NCBI GenBank assembly: GCA_943788985.1
Contig: CALSSJ010000023.1
Coordinates: 110,984-174,983, forward strand
Source of the DNA: an uncultured Lentisphaerales bacterium
GTDB taxonomy: Bacteria; Verrucomicrobiota; Lentisphaeria; JABSQK01; UBA12247
DNA length: 64,000 nucleotides
Direction of reading: 5' to 3'
Shown: piece after piece, positions 28,001-33,932 of the stretch
Position numbering within the stretch: the first letter of the stretch is position 1
Layout: each line of letters opens with the position of its first letter
Position numbers and translations under genes: made by a program
Notes under the pieces: model-generated
The model's input: the letters and a program-made list of their open reading frames with translations, nothing else
Databases searched by the model: none
What the model was told of the DNA's origin: nothing

Positions 28001-29943
28001 GCCAGATCAGGATGGGTGTAATCAACGCCGGTGTCAATGACCGCGACGATGACTTCGTGAGAACCAGTGTTTACGTCCCACGCTTCGGGTCCGTTGATAT
28101 CCGTGTGCTCGAAGCCCTCGGTGACATTGTTCATGCCCCACAACTTGGCGAAATCTGGGTCGTTCGGCGTCCGAATCGCGGAGACGATGTAATTCGGCTC
28201 TGCGTATTCGATGTCCGCGCGGCCTTGGAACTCGGCAAGGGTTGCTTCCAGGGATTCGCCGTCGGCAATCTGTACCAGCGTGTGACCGGTGTTGAAGCTC
28301 TTGAGCGTGGCTACGCCGACCGTGGCGTTGATCGCGGCATGATCCTTACTTGGCACGCCGTCTGCATAGCGGACGATGATCTCATCGGCAGTGTGCTCTT
28401 GCGCGAGCATTTCAGTGATGGAACGCGGTCCACGGCGCTCGGCGTCGAAACGCTCGATCTTGCCGGTGAAGCCTGGAACCGTGGAGCGGTACAGCGCGCC
28501 GACTTGCTCGGCGTCGCGTGCCTCGGACCAGACCCGGACTTCATCAATCGAACCCAGATAGTTGCCACCGATGGTGGTCTGGGCGCCGACGAAGGTCGTC
28601 CCAGCGACATCTTGGCCATTGCCGATTGTGACAGGTACATCACCAGCAGTCGTGCGGTCGATCCAAGCAACGGGCAGCCCGTCTACATAGAGGACCAGCA
28701 GGTAGGTTTCTTCGTCGAAGCTCGCGGCCAAGTGCGTCCAAGTCCCTGCCTCAATCGAGAGCAGGTTATCGAACGGTACCTCACCATTCTGGGCAGACTC
28801 ACCACCAACCTTCACATTGTGACCGTCGGTGCTGTCAAAGCGAACGTACGGACGAAGGACGCCAGCGGCATCCTCATCCAAACCGAGTGCGAAGTTCGCA
28901 ACGGGAGTGCCGTCCGCAACGCCCACAGCGCGGCGCAGCAGGAGACGATCGCCAGCGGAACCAGCCGATGCTGGGTTGGCCCAGACTTCGATGGTCCATG
29001 AGCTCATAGCCAGCTTCTGGCTATCAGGAACATTCACGACATCGGTGAGATTCAGGAAGTCCAAGCTGCCCAAGCGCGGTGGTGCGGTGTTGGCAAGTGG
29101 CGACAGCGGATCACCGGCCATGCTGACTGCATGCAGTTCGTCATAGTCGTTGATACCATCACCGTCAGTATCGGCGTTGCGTGGATCCGTACCATAGGTC
29201 TGCTCATCCAGGTTGGTGAGCATGTCGCCGTCCTCGTCGGCTCCTGCATCACGCCCATTGTTGAACTGATCGATCGGGTTGGTTCCGCCCAAGAATTCGC
29301 TGATATTGGTCAGGCCGTCTTCATCCTCGTCCTCTTCAGCGTCGTCCACGTCGTACAGACTTTCGAACCAGTCTGGCATGCCATCATCATCACTATCGAC
29401 GTAGCCGTAGAAGGCCTGCGCATTCGCAGGAGCATCCCGGCGGTCAACGATCCAGTCAAGCGTGCCATCGGCGTCTGTGTCCGTCACATCGTCGATCCCG
29501 TCGCCATCCAAATCGGCAGAGATTGCGTCGTCCCAGTCGCCTAGGCCGTGGTCGTCATCATCCGCAAAGTTCTGGATGCTGCTACCGCCATCATCAAAGC
29601 GGAAGTGGCGCCAGAGGTCGTCCCTGTCAGAGACAGCAAATTCGTGAAGGTCCCGCGCGATCTGTTCCGCCTCAAGGTCGCGGTGCCAGATACGGAGTTC
29701 GTCCAGAAGCGCGCCAGTCCACGTACTGTCGCCCAAGGTGACTTCACCAAAGCCGGTCACTGCCTGTTCATCGTCTGCTAGATCACGCACTGCGTGTGAC
29801 GTGCCATTCAGGTACATAGCCACGCGGTCTTCATCAGCAACGACGGCCACATGGGTCCAGCCATTGAGCGGCAGGCTTGCCTCGAGAGTCACGGTATTGC
29901 CATTGACGGTATCGAAGGTCACATAAGGAACGTTGGCCTGCAA
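13063..29943 (-). CDS. C-terminal segment of the giant LamG/TSP3-repeat surface protein: S8 peptidase, Ig-like modules, PPC-like domain and C-terminal GWNL domain
   Basis: 5626-aa ORF with repeated WTVE.W...WxHxA...LYVNG...G.IDEVRIW modules and DSDGDGLPD.WE repeats, plus one subtilisin triad. It begins mid-domain, so it is a frameshift fragment. Confidence 0.9.
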   Translation of the reverse strand: MQANVPYVTFDTVNGNTVTLEASLPLNGWTHVAVVADEDRVAMYLNGTSHAVRDLADDEQAVTGFGEVTLGDSTWTGALLDELRIWHRDLEAEQIARDLHEFAVSDRDDLWRHFRFDDGGSSIQNFADDDDHGLGDWDDAISADLDGDGIDDVTDTDADGTLDWIVDRRDAPANAQAFYGYVDSDDDGMPDWFESLYDVDDAEEDEDEDGLTNISEFLGGTNPIDQFNNGRDAGADEDGDMLTNLDEQTYGTDPRNADTDGDGINDYDELHAVSMAGDPLSPLANTAPPRLGSLDFLNLTDVVNVPDSQKLAMSSWTIEVWANPASAGSAGDRLLLRRAVGVADGTPVANFALGLDEDAAGVLRPYVRFDSTDGHNVKVGGESAQNGEVPFDNLLSIEAGTWTHLAASFDEETYLLVLYVDGLPVAWIDRTTAGDVPVTIGNGQDVAGTTFVGAQTTIGGNYLGSIDEVRVWSEARDAEQVGALYRSTVPGFTGKIERFDAERRGPRSITEMLAQEHTADEIIVRYADGVPSKDHAAINATVGVATLKSFNTGHTLVQIADGESLEATLAEFQGRADIEYAEPNYIVSAIRTPNDPDFAKLWGMNNVTEGFEHTDINGPEAWDVNTGSHEVIVAVIDTGVDYTHPDLAANMWKNEGETPDNGIDDDGNGFIDDVYGYDFAQDDGDPMDVDGHGTHVSGTVGAVGDNNVGVVGVAWNVRIMALRFLGDNGSGTTADAIAAIDYAVQMGATLTNNSWGGGGFSQALYDSIARAQAVGQLFVAAAGNDAGNNDSNPAYPASYDLENIISVAAISRDGQMAGFSNYGITTVDIAAPGVEIYSTRLGGGYHNLQGTSMASPHVAGAAAVLLSAQPKRTFLEIKTRLLETATPLASLDGRILTGATLNLGEALATVEATGLIAYFNADEAIAGSAFVQDLTESEDFSLALRGRHTRHAATLTGASVVNSSFAPTHGDLDGDNLPTWFEHAYGLNPTAAEENDEDGDGLDEVAEWRSGTSPIDATTNGTSDAQRNPDSDDLSNLEEAAQSTDPWNAAADTDDDGAEDNAELFANAVTSSPIQPLSPYVPRVLSLPTEGATLAVPNQSRFNLAESWTVETWIKLSTSDTDGGIIVSRRIADAHDDDDARSVNYELGINSSLQPYASFTGSYEDHGSASVIATSGASILAERWSHVAAQYDAESGELSITVNGLLQNTVTSGIAPAADVIGWSSMAVGEGLAAELDDLAIWSSASTSDLTGQGFHTGSDALVALYRFDDSGTTAQDFAMPVNDWLSGWHHAATFAGSNDGVSGDNPVAVNLDSDGDGMADWWELHFFGNLGRDGSGDVDGDSLSDYYEWLAGTDPTDQITYNDGIRDDRRDLDNDNLSNLNEQLRGTHPNNPDTDDNGLLDGNEINPLVSLDPAVSRVYALQSAGLVVPQPEGSRFALDSWTVEAWFYAANDSASGDILTLLGPQDDLFSFGLDNGSPVASVLGVTATLETTLAAGRWNHLAASWDADSATLRLYLNGTQVDGAQAAVTGPGHNGTLVLDSGFADVGHLVDEVRVWSPQRTAAEIAANRHGPVPGDAAGLLVYFRFDDGGATIEDFTQPSDWAYALDRDGLAVVVEEPVAAPVPVFGTEDSDDDRIADAWELQNFADLTTAEAAPTSGTFNEDAYVDGYTDTDADGLNDLYEFLAGTDPLEGDTNLNGTPDTHEDSDWDGLVNLIEQLRGTHPLLIDTDDDFTDVADENGVFDGVISQIDDNGPAGVADGQINWWDGYEPGNDYEEAQNQADAGNESDPADSTKRVRDFVMSFNGSGKLWLQPQDRHALTEWTVEAWVQPTELRDGVILSRSFPVQVTNGLAEGTNYEIGLRDVNGSLHAYVAYRYRRAFQANQSYIQTIELLSDDPVALGTWSHISGSYSASGQMLTLTVHDYESGEEISDESTTAVNLPPTSGPGETYVELGANFKGAIDDVAIWSAAVESSYDTALTGDESDLVALFSFNDGGTTVEDYSVARDWETNWMHAARMATGAAFSAGTPSVRADEDDDGLPDWWEREVFGDLSGEADGDEDEDGLTNFYEYLAGTSPTNEDTDGDGLDDDLENADGDTLTNFQEQQVHSDPRNEDTDDDGVNDDVEAAQFTSPAHSMSQVPRSAANRSGYVARALDLSSISFTGTTLPHAERFDSLADSWTAEYWIQLDGDTTGVVLGAQVAGSVVLEIGVNAGQPYAQYVTTTNQTVRIGDDYFTAFGTGEWHHVAVAYDSDLQTIALYVDGLLWKAQSNALPIEVPVDEDAMVYLGGNGNASSNFSSGLLDEVRVWNIARTAGQVEAMRDHLVLEGDEDLQAYYRFDDGGSTIEDFRRPLRADRIGQSYTITGTVVEIDTAALSFGGRRMPVALRTVFDDADLDQVPDWYGVVQVANDPSTATRPDGERESGDESAQTDDDPADNQPLLPSYSWAGHVSLPDANVDGILDLDADADSDGLANGDELILATLPLVADTDDDGVSDGDEELGGNDPRNQFSPVQELALSVDGSSYATLPLTSRLALPAWTIEAWIYPTAASDGTVLQRTVGGNSYRLSVNAGGQLSITFDARDGSGPVTVMSVVTATAQLDEWTHVAATFDPAENVVSLILNGVDSTTTNTLKKPVLNGPGPVFTRMGEGFIGFIDEVRIWSIVRNQTTIQAQMVETLSGTEAGLVAYYRFDDGGETAADAVAQADWLSEWANAAVLANGATMTEPAEAVPTPAVPVDTDDDEIPDSWELAYFGNLTSVGLDENGPQGYTDFDSDSLNDFYEYLAELDPKRFDSDGNGTPDREEDRDLAIIRAGTAGSPNAGFLVANNGLAVWTDSIANGVYDTGEEQQLGDGLTNLEEQVLGLHPLLKDTDDDGIGDNDEVNAISTTLTSDAANSLDPGVRRVGTFDGDDYLVAYDNETIGLETFMITLWVKPDLNGSHTILEKHARGDNNDVLNYALRLLPDGTVIFEYHNQLINRLVTLESRDTIGAGEWAMIAATLDIANNNMQLDLFVPTGPDTFDQRTNSRLPISTPVIETGHLYVGVDYNGVTQSAVGSTHYSGQMDDITIWEDILTAAQLQEIYLLAREGNSFGAFEIFDTISTTIVDDAGAVTGTQVETIVVDTIEPVLFYSFNDGGQFVEDFAHPRDWLNVSSVDGYNWRYAARVVGNTFAGEGQLDNDGDGLPNWFEMLYSENRIFGLGQIGQIDVDLNPNNADTDNDGIRDGAEDIDRDGLTNMEEYLGRDSTIPQIGIGVYDDVSSEWVYDEVVADAIRPTNPQIGVWYYVEASASGTEINIGNEWQGQIGMLAKFDGTWSFVEPVATPNDTPTTGDHYVTTINITGPITDRRYENTDGTIPTVADTDGDSLLDGAELNTYGSDPLLVDSDDDGLDDETEIAQGDSPTSSLDPLVRRSLRLGAGGYMQAIGQARHELDSFTVEAWVYPDAANADGVVVRKVSGRVDRRDLTFANNDPLADTITTAGGDFITAGMAAGMTITVEGSLSNNGSYEIAEVTPTVLTLAGGETLANEAPSNSRVQLVADAVNYELGLRAGFPYVSYTPDNLGENQEIVGTDLAELGEWTHIAGTLDPDAGRLILYVNGRSQSVNFTGFKPYQKPGDLYIGAASGGFEGLIDEVRVWSVARSTAQINGLKDSTLAATEDGLSSYFRMDDGEYGTSNPPYEHKFGAEDHAIPNDFTVAALGRGDYAFDTVVPDLSDMDSDNDGMPDFWENANGLDPFDATGDNGATGDPDNDGLLNLQEYDADTNPQHRDTDADGMDDGFEVLFSLLPKADDAFDDADGDGLNNISEFLGADNQAAFAGSTGAILISSSDRSLWGDATDPTSADSDGDAMGDKAEVENDLDPNDASGDNGADGDPDADDLTNIRELQLGTKPTVADTDGDSLKDGWEVANSFDPLNNDTDGDGTLDGEEDTDNDALDNAGEQNRGTEPRNPDTDGDLLPDGWEVISTNSSAVSLDPLDATGIHGTDGDPDEDGRTNRLEYLAGTDPWVADNFDVDTDNDDVADTDEIQQNTDRQLPDTDDDGIADIVEHNDAELGFLSDPLNSLKYKGVQNLVLNLDGATFLDVPLVNIGQSDANVAVEDDPDAQRLGYESWTVEAWVRPQLDLTLHADPDRRMVIIQRSLSLNGDADVISYELGIDTDERPYVLWSTPTVVRKVKAGTPIQSADENFVWTHILGTFNAANNSMFLYVNGVEVARNINAFGSAKPKDLDKLAVIRIGASVDVDDVSDSISTHNFVGDLDEVRIWGDVRTEAEIKEAYNRDVEIVLGNLDTFRSGLVPQESVYDPGIDSQLSTDGLWETTAGTQGLLLAQARYFDANLNQTRDAHEGLWIDQNGNNVYDEPVLVEGETEETVIDTVILPGSHDPTVTVDENAAVVLIPDFTVASDDGTLIQDAPGSLAALYFGDTNSNATWEATEDMWDDYVTLQDAFFPGVNDWATPLNLGLYLKFDDGPMVLTVADQAAEDAVATTYIGAIYRSDEAAYKVDIDPTSGRNWVVNPVTPTIQDFVWHADWLPYERLLSQSLVDTDRWVHALQLTTATNARATLVQANDEPNVMNLIVDIDPQSPGVDSVLTAHPRGAFDPNGDMFSYEYQWYIDDAGCVDTTCMEPIADATARHWTVQAGSRSYRVSVRAVDEDGGASTWVWSEAVTVDAAQSSPTVAEYVVSQADLDEDERAEHYIGTLTTEPTDADGDQVHVFTRWIKNQGIAITDWSLMLVDLSYGHAQLRVGDVVKLEAYVTDEVDGNNTATGRRSAPSYSNSFVHGGGVGTNSRPEPPAIAIEPAQPRAEDDDIRCVLTLPAVDPDGDVVSYFFEWYGFNRVTNTYQQLERRSRTTTEGVIETGGRKEIGFPGFVDTSVTGTELDDLLSGTGTDVLAPDDGDILEGSIILTAGQAQVEFAIDSNIISTMLATENHRLEGVLVYCEVQAVDTFGNRSEPARSQTVTVFPGFGLPGSNEDDEGGGGGGGGEGTSSLVIDAETYEPNDTPQEARRILVNGFDVFNSSTDQENGSGGGGGGGDENSGDQSGGFSTVEESGNTNESNNNSGSDTENTEEEGNSLSLEGTFEGQAHSFFLEDEDWMKFTVLQTSEVEVATGRTVDEIEQRIRNPARDTGTRLDLGVDTRMWLYSEGDFERAIIFNDDYRSFAHPEFNLAARFKVVVDPGTYYIRVAPHHQFGTLASEYGILVLANPVPGVFVSSPAQPVLRPTNAQVTDDLFADVDPATVLSGHQLFYRWYVDGVQVMVTEDRVLDHRFTQAGQEWAVSVFARNPAGEVSADSPLSVEVEIEQQAWLATLRVDKRFGDGSEAPTQTVGIGWLAGASHGWDENLDVDLPTSLNIPAFFGNVNGPTPLPDGTSVPSGSFFSAGFTEGHSALSLDMRPFGDAATWYLYLDFGDQPTEVRIEWDPILLPRSDLPLTWVEVDPDSDFAPIPGTELDMLAERRVGIDISGNTERTTRVFRVMIAQSSRTVSLTLDAGWNLISFPITPNDPDPDLVFANNTGRIISGAAWTFLNGSYIAATEIRAGEGYWVLNPRDIAATIVVGGYHAPLTIVLKEGWNLIGPTRDMAVPDGIDPSKVSEYSRGSYRPLDLTDPLPLKAGKGYWVNSDQERVIHFE
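14330..14970 (-). other. PPC-like (pre-peptidase C-terminal) domain interrupted by a Gly/Ser/Asn/Glu low-complexity tract
   Basis: YEPNDT..EA ... DEDW.KF ... VDT.M.LY ... NDD ... PGTYYIRV pattern. Confidence 0.6.
27225..28430 (-). other. Subtilisin S8 domain 3 with pro-domain
   Basis: IEYAEPNY, PNDPDF..LWGM, VIDTGVDY (about 28034), GHGTHVSG (about 27869), AAAGN and GTSMASPHVAG (about 27389). Confidence 0.92.
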
Positions 29944-32900
29944 GCCAAGCTCGTACTCGGTGGCGCCATTATGTGCACCTTAGTCAGCACTGCGCCGGTC
30001 TGGCTGGCAGCCGAGCCGACTGAAATCCAGAACTCAACGGTCCATTCTCCCGTGCGATCAACGTAGTCCTCTCCGACCTGCGGAATCCGCACACCATCCA
30101 CCACGGCGAGATCGAAGGCACGATCGCGTTGCGGGCTGAGTGAGTGCTTGGCGCTGGATGCCGGAGCCATCCGAATATCAGATGAGACGCTAAAGCCATA
30201 GACGCCATTGCTGGCAGCGGTGAGCACGGTGAGCGGTGTATCGGCACCGTGGTCGTAGTGCGGGCTGTCATTACGATCGATCCAAGCATGCTCGTTGCTG
30301 TCGATCATGCCGTCGCCGTTTGCATCGCCGAAGCGGACGTTCGCCAGGCCAAGGGTCGTGTGCGCTGGGGTCGGCGCATCACCAACCAGCAGGATGTCCG
30401 TCCCATCGGTGTAGACGCCATCGCGATCAATGTCTACCCAGACCGAACGGCCTACGAGATAGCCAGCGCTATGGCCATCGTCGTCTAGAGGGTCAATGGA
30501 AAGCAGCGCATGCGTGTGCTGCTCGATCAGGTCCGTGATGCCGTCGTTGTCGCTGTCGGCATCCCCCGGATGCAGCTCGAGTTCCTGCTCTTGACCGTTG
30601 GTAAGGCCATCGCCGTCTGCATCCTCGTGGGCATCTGCAATGCCATCGAGATCGCTGTCCAGCTGCGTCGGGATCGTACCAGCCAACCACTCGTAGTAGT
30701 TGCTCAGGCCGTCGCCGTCTGCGTCGTCATCCCCATCGGCTTCCAAATCACCGAAGTGGACGAGTTCCCAGCTGTCTGGGAGGCCGTCGTCGTCTGCGTC
30801 AAGCTCACGCTCTTCGACAGGAATGGAAGGAGACATCGTGCCCACGGTTGCGGTGCCATGGAGACGACCGGCGTGCAGCCAGTTCTGCTTCCAATCCATC
30901 GCAAGATCAGCAACATGATCTTCGATGGTCTCGCCGCCATCGTCAAACAGGTACTGTAGAACCAGGCCATTGGCGTCGGCTTCGATCTGGCGATGCATGG
31001 CGGCTCTCATGCCACCGGCAAAGCGCGTGTGTTCCCAAATCCGCACGTTATCAATTGCGCCGCTAAAGCCCTCACCGACGCGGACCCAAGTGGGACCGTA
31101 GCCGTTCTGATGAACTGGGAGATCGGCGACAAGGTCAATCACACGGATGCCATTGACATAGATCGCGAGATTGTTCCCGTCAAAGGTCGCAGCAACATGG
31201 GTCCACACAGATTGCGGTACGGACTCGGCTGCGCTCACGACAAAATCGGCATCGCCGGTTGCGGGGCTGACCGCAACCGTGGGCCGCCCACCATCCAAGT
31301 AGAAATGGTAGTTGTAGAGGCCTTCAGTTACCTGACGGCCGAGAATCGTACCGCTATTCGCTGTCGGGTAGATCCACGCTTCGATGGTAAACTGCTCAAG
31401 CGCCAGACGGTTCGATTCCCATGGCGCCTGCACGTAGCCGCTGCCGTCGAGCAGTAGCGCGTTGGCCTGGACAGGATCGAAGGCAAAGGCTGGGGCTGTG
31501 CCCTGTACGACTTCTGCACCATCCTCAGTCCCATCATCGTCAGTATCGACCAGGCGCGGATCGGTGCCATGGAACTGCTCAACACCATTGTCGAGGTCAT
31601 CGCCATCGCGGTCCTCAAAGGCATCGATGATGGTGTTGCCATCAGTGTCAGAAACGAGAGGGCTCGTGCTGCTGAGGAATTCATACAGGTTGGTCAGACC
31701 GTCGGAATCGAGGTCCTTGGTCGGATCCATGGTCAGGTCCCCGAAGCGCAGCTCGTACCAATCCTCAATCCCATCGTGGTCGCTGTCCGGTGCGCCGTTC
31801 AGCAACGGTGATGGATTGGTGGTCGAGAGCGCGTCAAGGTGGCCGTCGGTAAGGCCAGTGGCGCCAACGATCGAATCCCAGACCGCGTTGGTGCCCAAGT
31901 CAACCTGGGTATCACCGGCGTCATAGAGGCCGTCCTCGTTCACGTCCACAAACGTTTCGTCCTCGTCGTCCAAGTACAGATTGCCATTTACGTCGATGTA
32001 CAGAATGCGCGCGCTGGCGGCATTCTCGATGCGGATATCGAGGCCAGTCAGGTCGGACTCCAAGACATCGGTCGCGTAGTCATCGACAGTTTCGCCACCG
32101 TCATCGAACATGTAGTAAAGAACCATAGCGCCAAAGAGCTCATCGGTGGCTGGAATGGCACGGAAGCGTTGAGCGTCGATCACTTTGTCGCTCAGCGCAG
32201 CGCGCCAGACCCGCACTTCGTCGATCGCCACACCCGTCAACGTGGTGCTGTTGTGTGGACCGTTTAGATGGGCAACACCACCAGGCGTAATATTCAATCC
32301 AGTGATGGACTTGCCGACGCTGACGCCGTTCACATTAATGCGAATCTCGTTTGTCACCCCATTGAAGGTGAAGGCCAGATGGTTCCAGCTGTCACCAGCA
32401 AGCGCATGTTCCATCTCGAGAGTCTCATGGACGCCCGGAGCCAGCATAGTCTGGAAGTACGGCCGATTCTCGTTCAGGCCGACGCTGTAGGCGACAAGCC
32501 CAGACAGATTTGCGTACTGGAACAAGGCACCGGACTGCAGAGCAGCAGTTGGCCGGACCCACATTTCAATGGTGAAGCCCTCGAGGGTGTTGGTACGGCG
32601 CACGAGCTCGGTGCCACTGCCGGATACAGCGCGTCCAGGTGGGTTCATTGCACCGCTCGGCCAGCTGATGTCGGTCACATGCCACCAGGCTTCTTCGTTG
32701 GTGCCATTGCCATCGGTAACGCTCATGGTCGTCGGGCCAAACTCGACTAGCCGCTCGTCCGGCTGACCTTCGTGGACCAGCACGCGAATGGTGCTCTGCG
32801 GATCGCCACCGTTGCTGTAGTTGTTGCTCCAGACCTGATAAACGCCATCTTCAGCAGAGCCGGAAAACACGGTAATGTTCTCAGGGCCAGTGCCGCTAAT

Positions 32901-33932
32901 GTCATCAATGTCGAGATCAGAGCCCGGGATCTGCCCAGCATCAGTGGTCACGCCGTTGAAAACATCTGGGTACCCAGGGCCGAAGGTGGTCCAGCCCATG
33001 TGGCGGAATGTGGGGTCCACCAGCCAGGTATCCAAATCGCCGTTCACATCCCACGTCTGCGTGACGCGAATGTCCGCTTCTGCGACCGTGCTGGTGATGT
33101 TGACCGAGCCATAGCCAAATAGACCAGCACCATCTTCTGCTTCCACGGTGATCTCGTTTTCATTGGCCGCAATCACGATCGTACGGCTGAAGCTCTCGCC
33201 ACCTGGGATCGAATCCGCCAGCAAGTTGTTCACGTAGAAGTTCAGTGCCACGATCGCAGAGGTACTGCTGGCCGTTCCGGTAACAGTCACAAAGCGATCG
33301 TCAATGCTGGCACCAGCGATCGGTGCGGTAATTTCCACCTGTGGGCCCAAGCCAGTCACTTCTTCTTCGACTTCAAGAAACGAGAAGCGCTCGGACAGAG
33401 GCAGCAAGATGCTGGAACCATCTAGGAGCAGGTTACGAGACACGTACGGGGACAACGGCTCAAGCGCGCCGCTATAGACGGCACCCGGGTCAGCGAAGGC
33501 CATTTCCTTGCCGTCAGGCAACCCATCGCCATCCGAATCGGCCAGATCAATGCGTAATCCTGCATTCTGTTCAATGATGTTGGCGATACCGTCGCCATCG
33601 GTGTCTTCTTCGCCATCCTCAATCTGGTTGCCATCACTGTCCGTCAGGGTGGGGTTGAGACCAGCGAGGTATTCGTAGAGGTTAGTAAGTCCGTCAAGAT
33701 CATTGTCTCCATCCGGCGTGGCCGAAAGGTCGCCGAAGTAGGTGACTTCCCATTTGTCGGGCAAGCCGTCCTCATCACGGTCTAGGACAGAGTCCTGGAC
33801 TGGCCCATCGATCGTGGTTACGATCTCGCCGCCGTACAGAGTTGCCGCGTGGCTCCACTCCGCCAGCCAATCGGTCTGCGCTGTCGAATCCTGCGCGAAT
33901 CGACCCACGTCATCGAAGCGGAAGTAGGCCAC
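29919..33932 (-). CDS. Middle segment of the giant protein (LamG, TSP3-like repeats, Ig+YfaP-like unit)
   Basis: 1337-aa ORF that starts inside a LamG tail (AYFRFDD) and ends inside a LamG (WTVEFWI...). It overlaps both neighbouring ORFs. Confidence 0.88.
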   Translation of the reverse strand: MAYFRFDDVGRFAQDSTAQTDWLAEWSHAATLYGGEIVTTIDGPVQDSVLDRDEDGLPDKWEVTYFGDLSATPDGDNDLDGLTNLYEYLAGLNPTLTDSDGNQIEDGEEDTDGDGIANIIEQNAGLRIDLADSDGDGLPDGKEMAFADPGAVYSGALEPLSPYVSRNLLLDGSSILLPLSERFSFLEVEEEVTGLGPQVEITAPIAGASIDDRFVTVTGTASSTSAIVALNFYVNNLLADSIPGGESFSRTIVIAANENEITVEAEDGAGLFGYGSVNITSTVAEADIRVTQTWDVNGDLDTWLVDPTFRHMGWTTFGPGYPDVFNGVTTDAGQIPGSDLDIDDISGTGPENITVFSGSAEDGVYQVWSNNYSNGGDPQSTIRVLVHEGQPDERLVEFGPTTMSVTDGNGTNEEAWWHVTDISWPSGAMNPPGRAVSGSGTELVRRTNTLEGFTIEMWVRPTAALQSGALFQYANLSGLVAYSVGLNENRPYFQTMLAPGVHETLEMEHALAGDSWNHLAFTFNGVTNEIRINVNGVSVGKSITGLNITPGGVAHLNGPHNSTTLTGVAIDEVRVWRAALSDKVIDAQRFRAIPATDELFGAMVLYYMFDDGGETVDDYATDVLESDLTGLDIRIENAASARILYIDVNGNLYLDDEDETFVDVNEDGLYDAGDTQVDLGTNAVWDSIVGATGLTDGHLDALSTTNPSPLLNGAPDSDHDGIEDWYELRFGDLTMDPTKDLDSDGLTNLYEFLSSTSPLVSDTDGNTIIDAFEDRDGDDLDNGVEQFHGTDPRLVDTDDDGTEDGAEVVQGTAPAFAFDPVQANALLLDGSGYVQAPWESNRLALEQFTIEAWIYPTANSGTILGRQVTEGLYNYHFYLDGGRPTVAVSPATGDADFVVSAAESVPQSVWTHVAATFDGNNLAIYVNGIRVIDLVADLPVHQNGYGPTWVRVGEGFSGAIDNVRIWEHTRFAGGMRAAMHRQIEADANGLVLQYLFDDGGETIEDHVADLAMDWKQNWLHAGRLHGTATVGTMSPSIPVEERELDADDDGLPDSWELVHFGDLEADGDDDADGDGLSNYYEWLAGTIPTQLDSDLDGIADAHEDADGDGLTNGQEQELELHPGDADSDNDGITDLIEQHTHALLSIDPLDDDGHSAGYLVGRSVWVDIDRDGVYTDGTDILLVGDAPTPAHTTLGLANVRFGDANGDGMIDSNEHAWIDRNDSPHYDHGADTPLTVLTAASNGVYGFSVSSDIRMAPASSAKHSLSPQRDRAFDLAVVDGVRIPQVGEDYVDRTGEWTVEFWISVGSAASQTGAVLTKVHIMAPPSTSLACRPTFLM
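32630..33350 (-). other. Ig-like plus YfaP/DUF2135-like unit, copy 2
   Basis: PQVEITAP...ENEITVEAEDGAGLFGYG and IRVTQTWDVNGDLDTW.VDP...LDIDDISGTGPENI. Clear paralogue of copy 1. Confidence 0.65.
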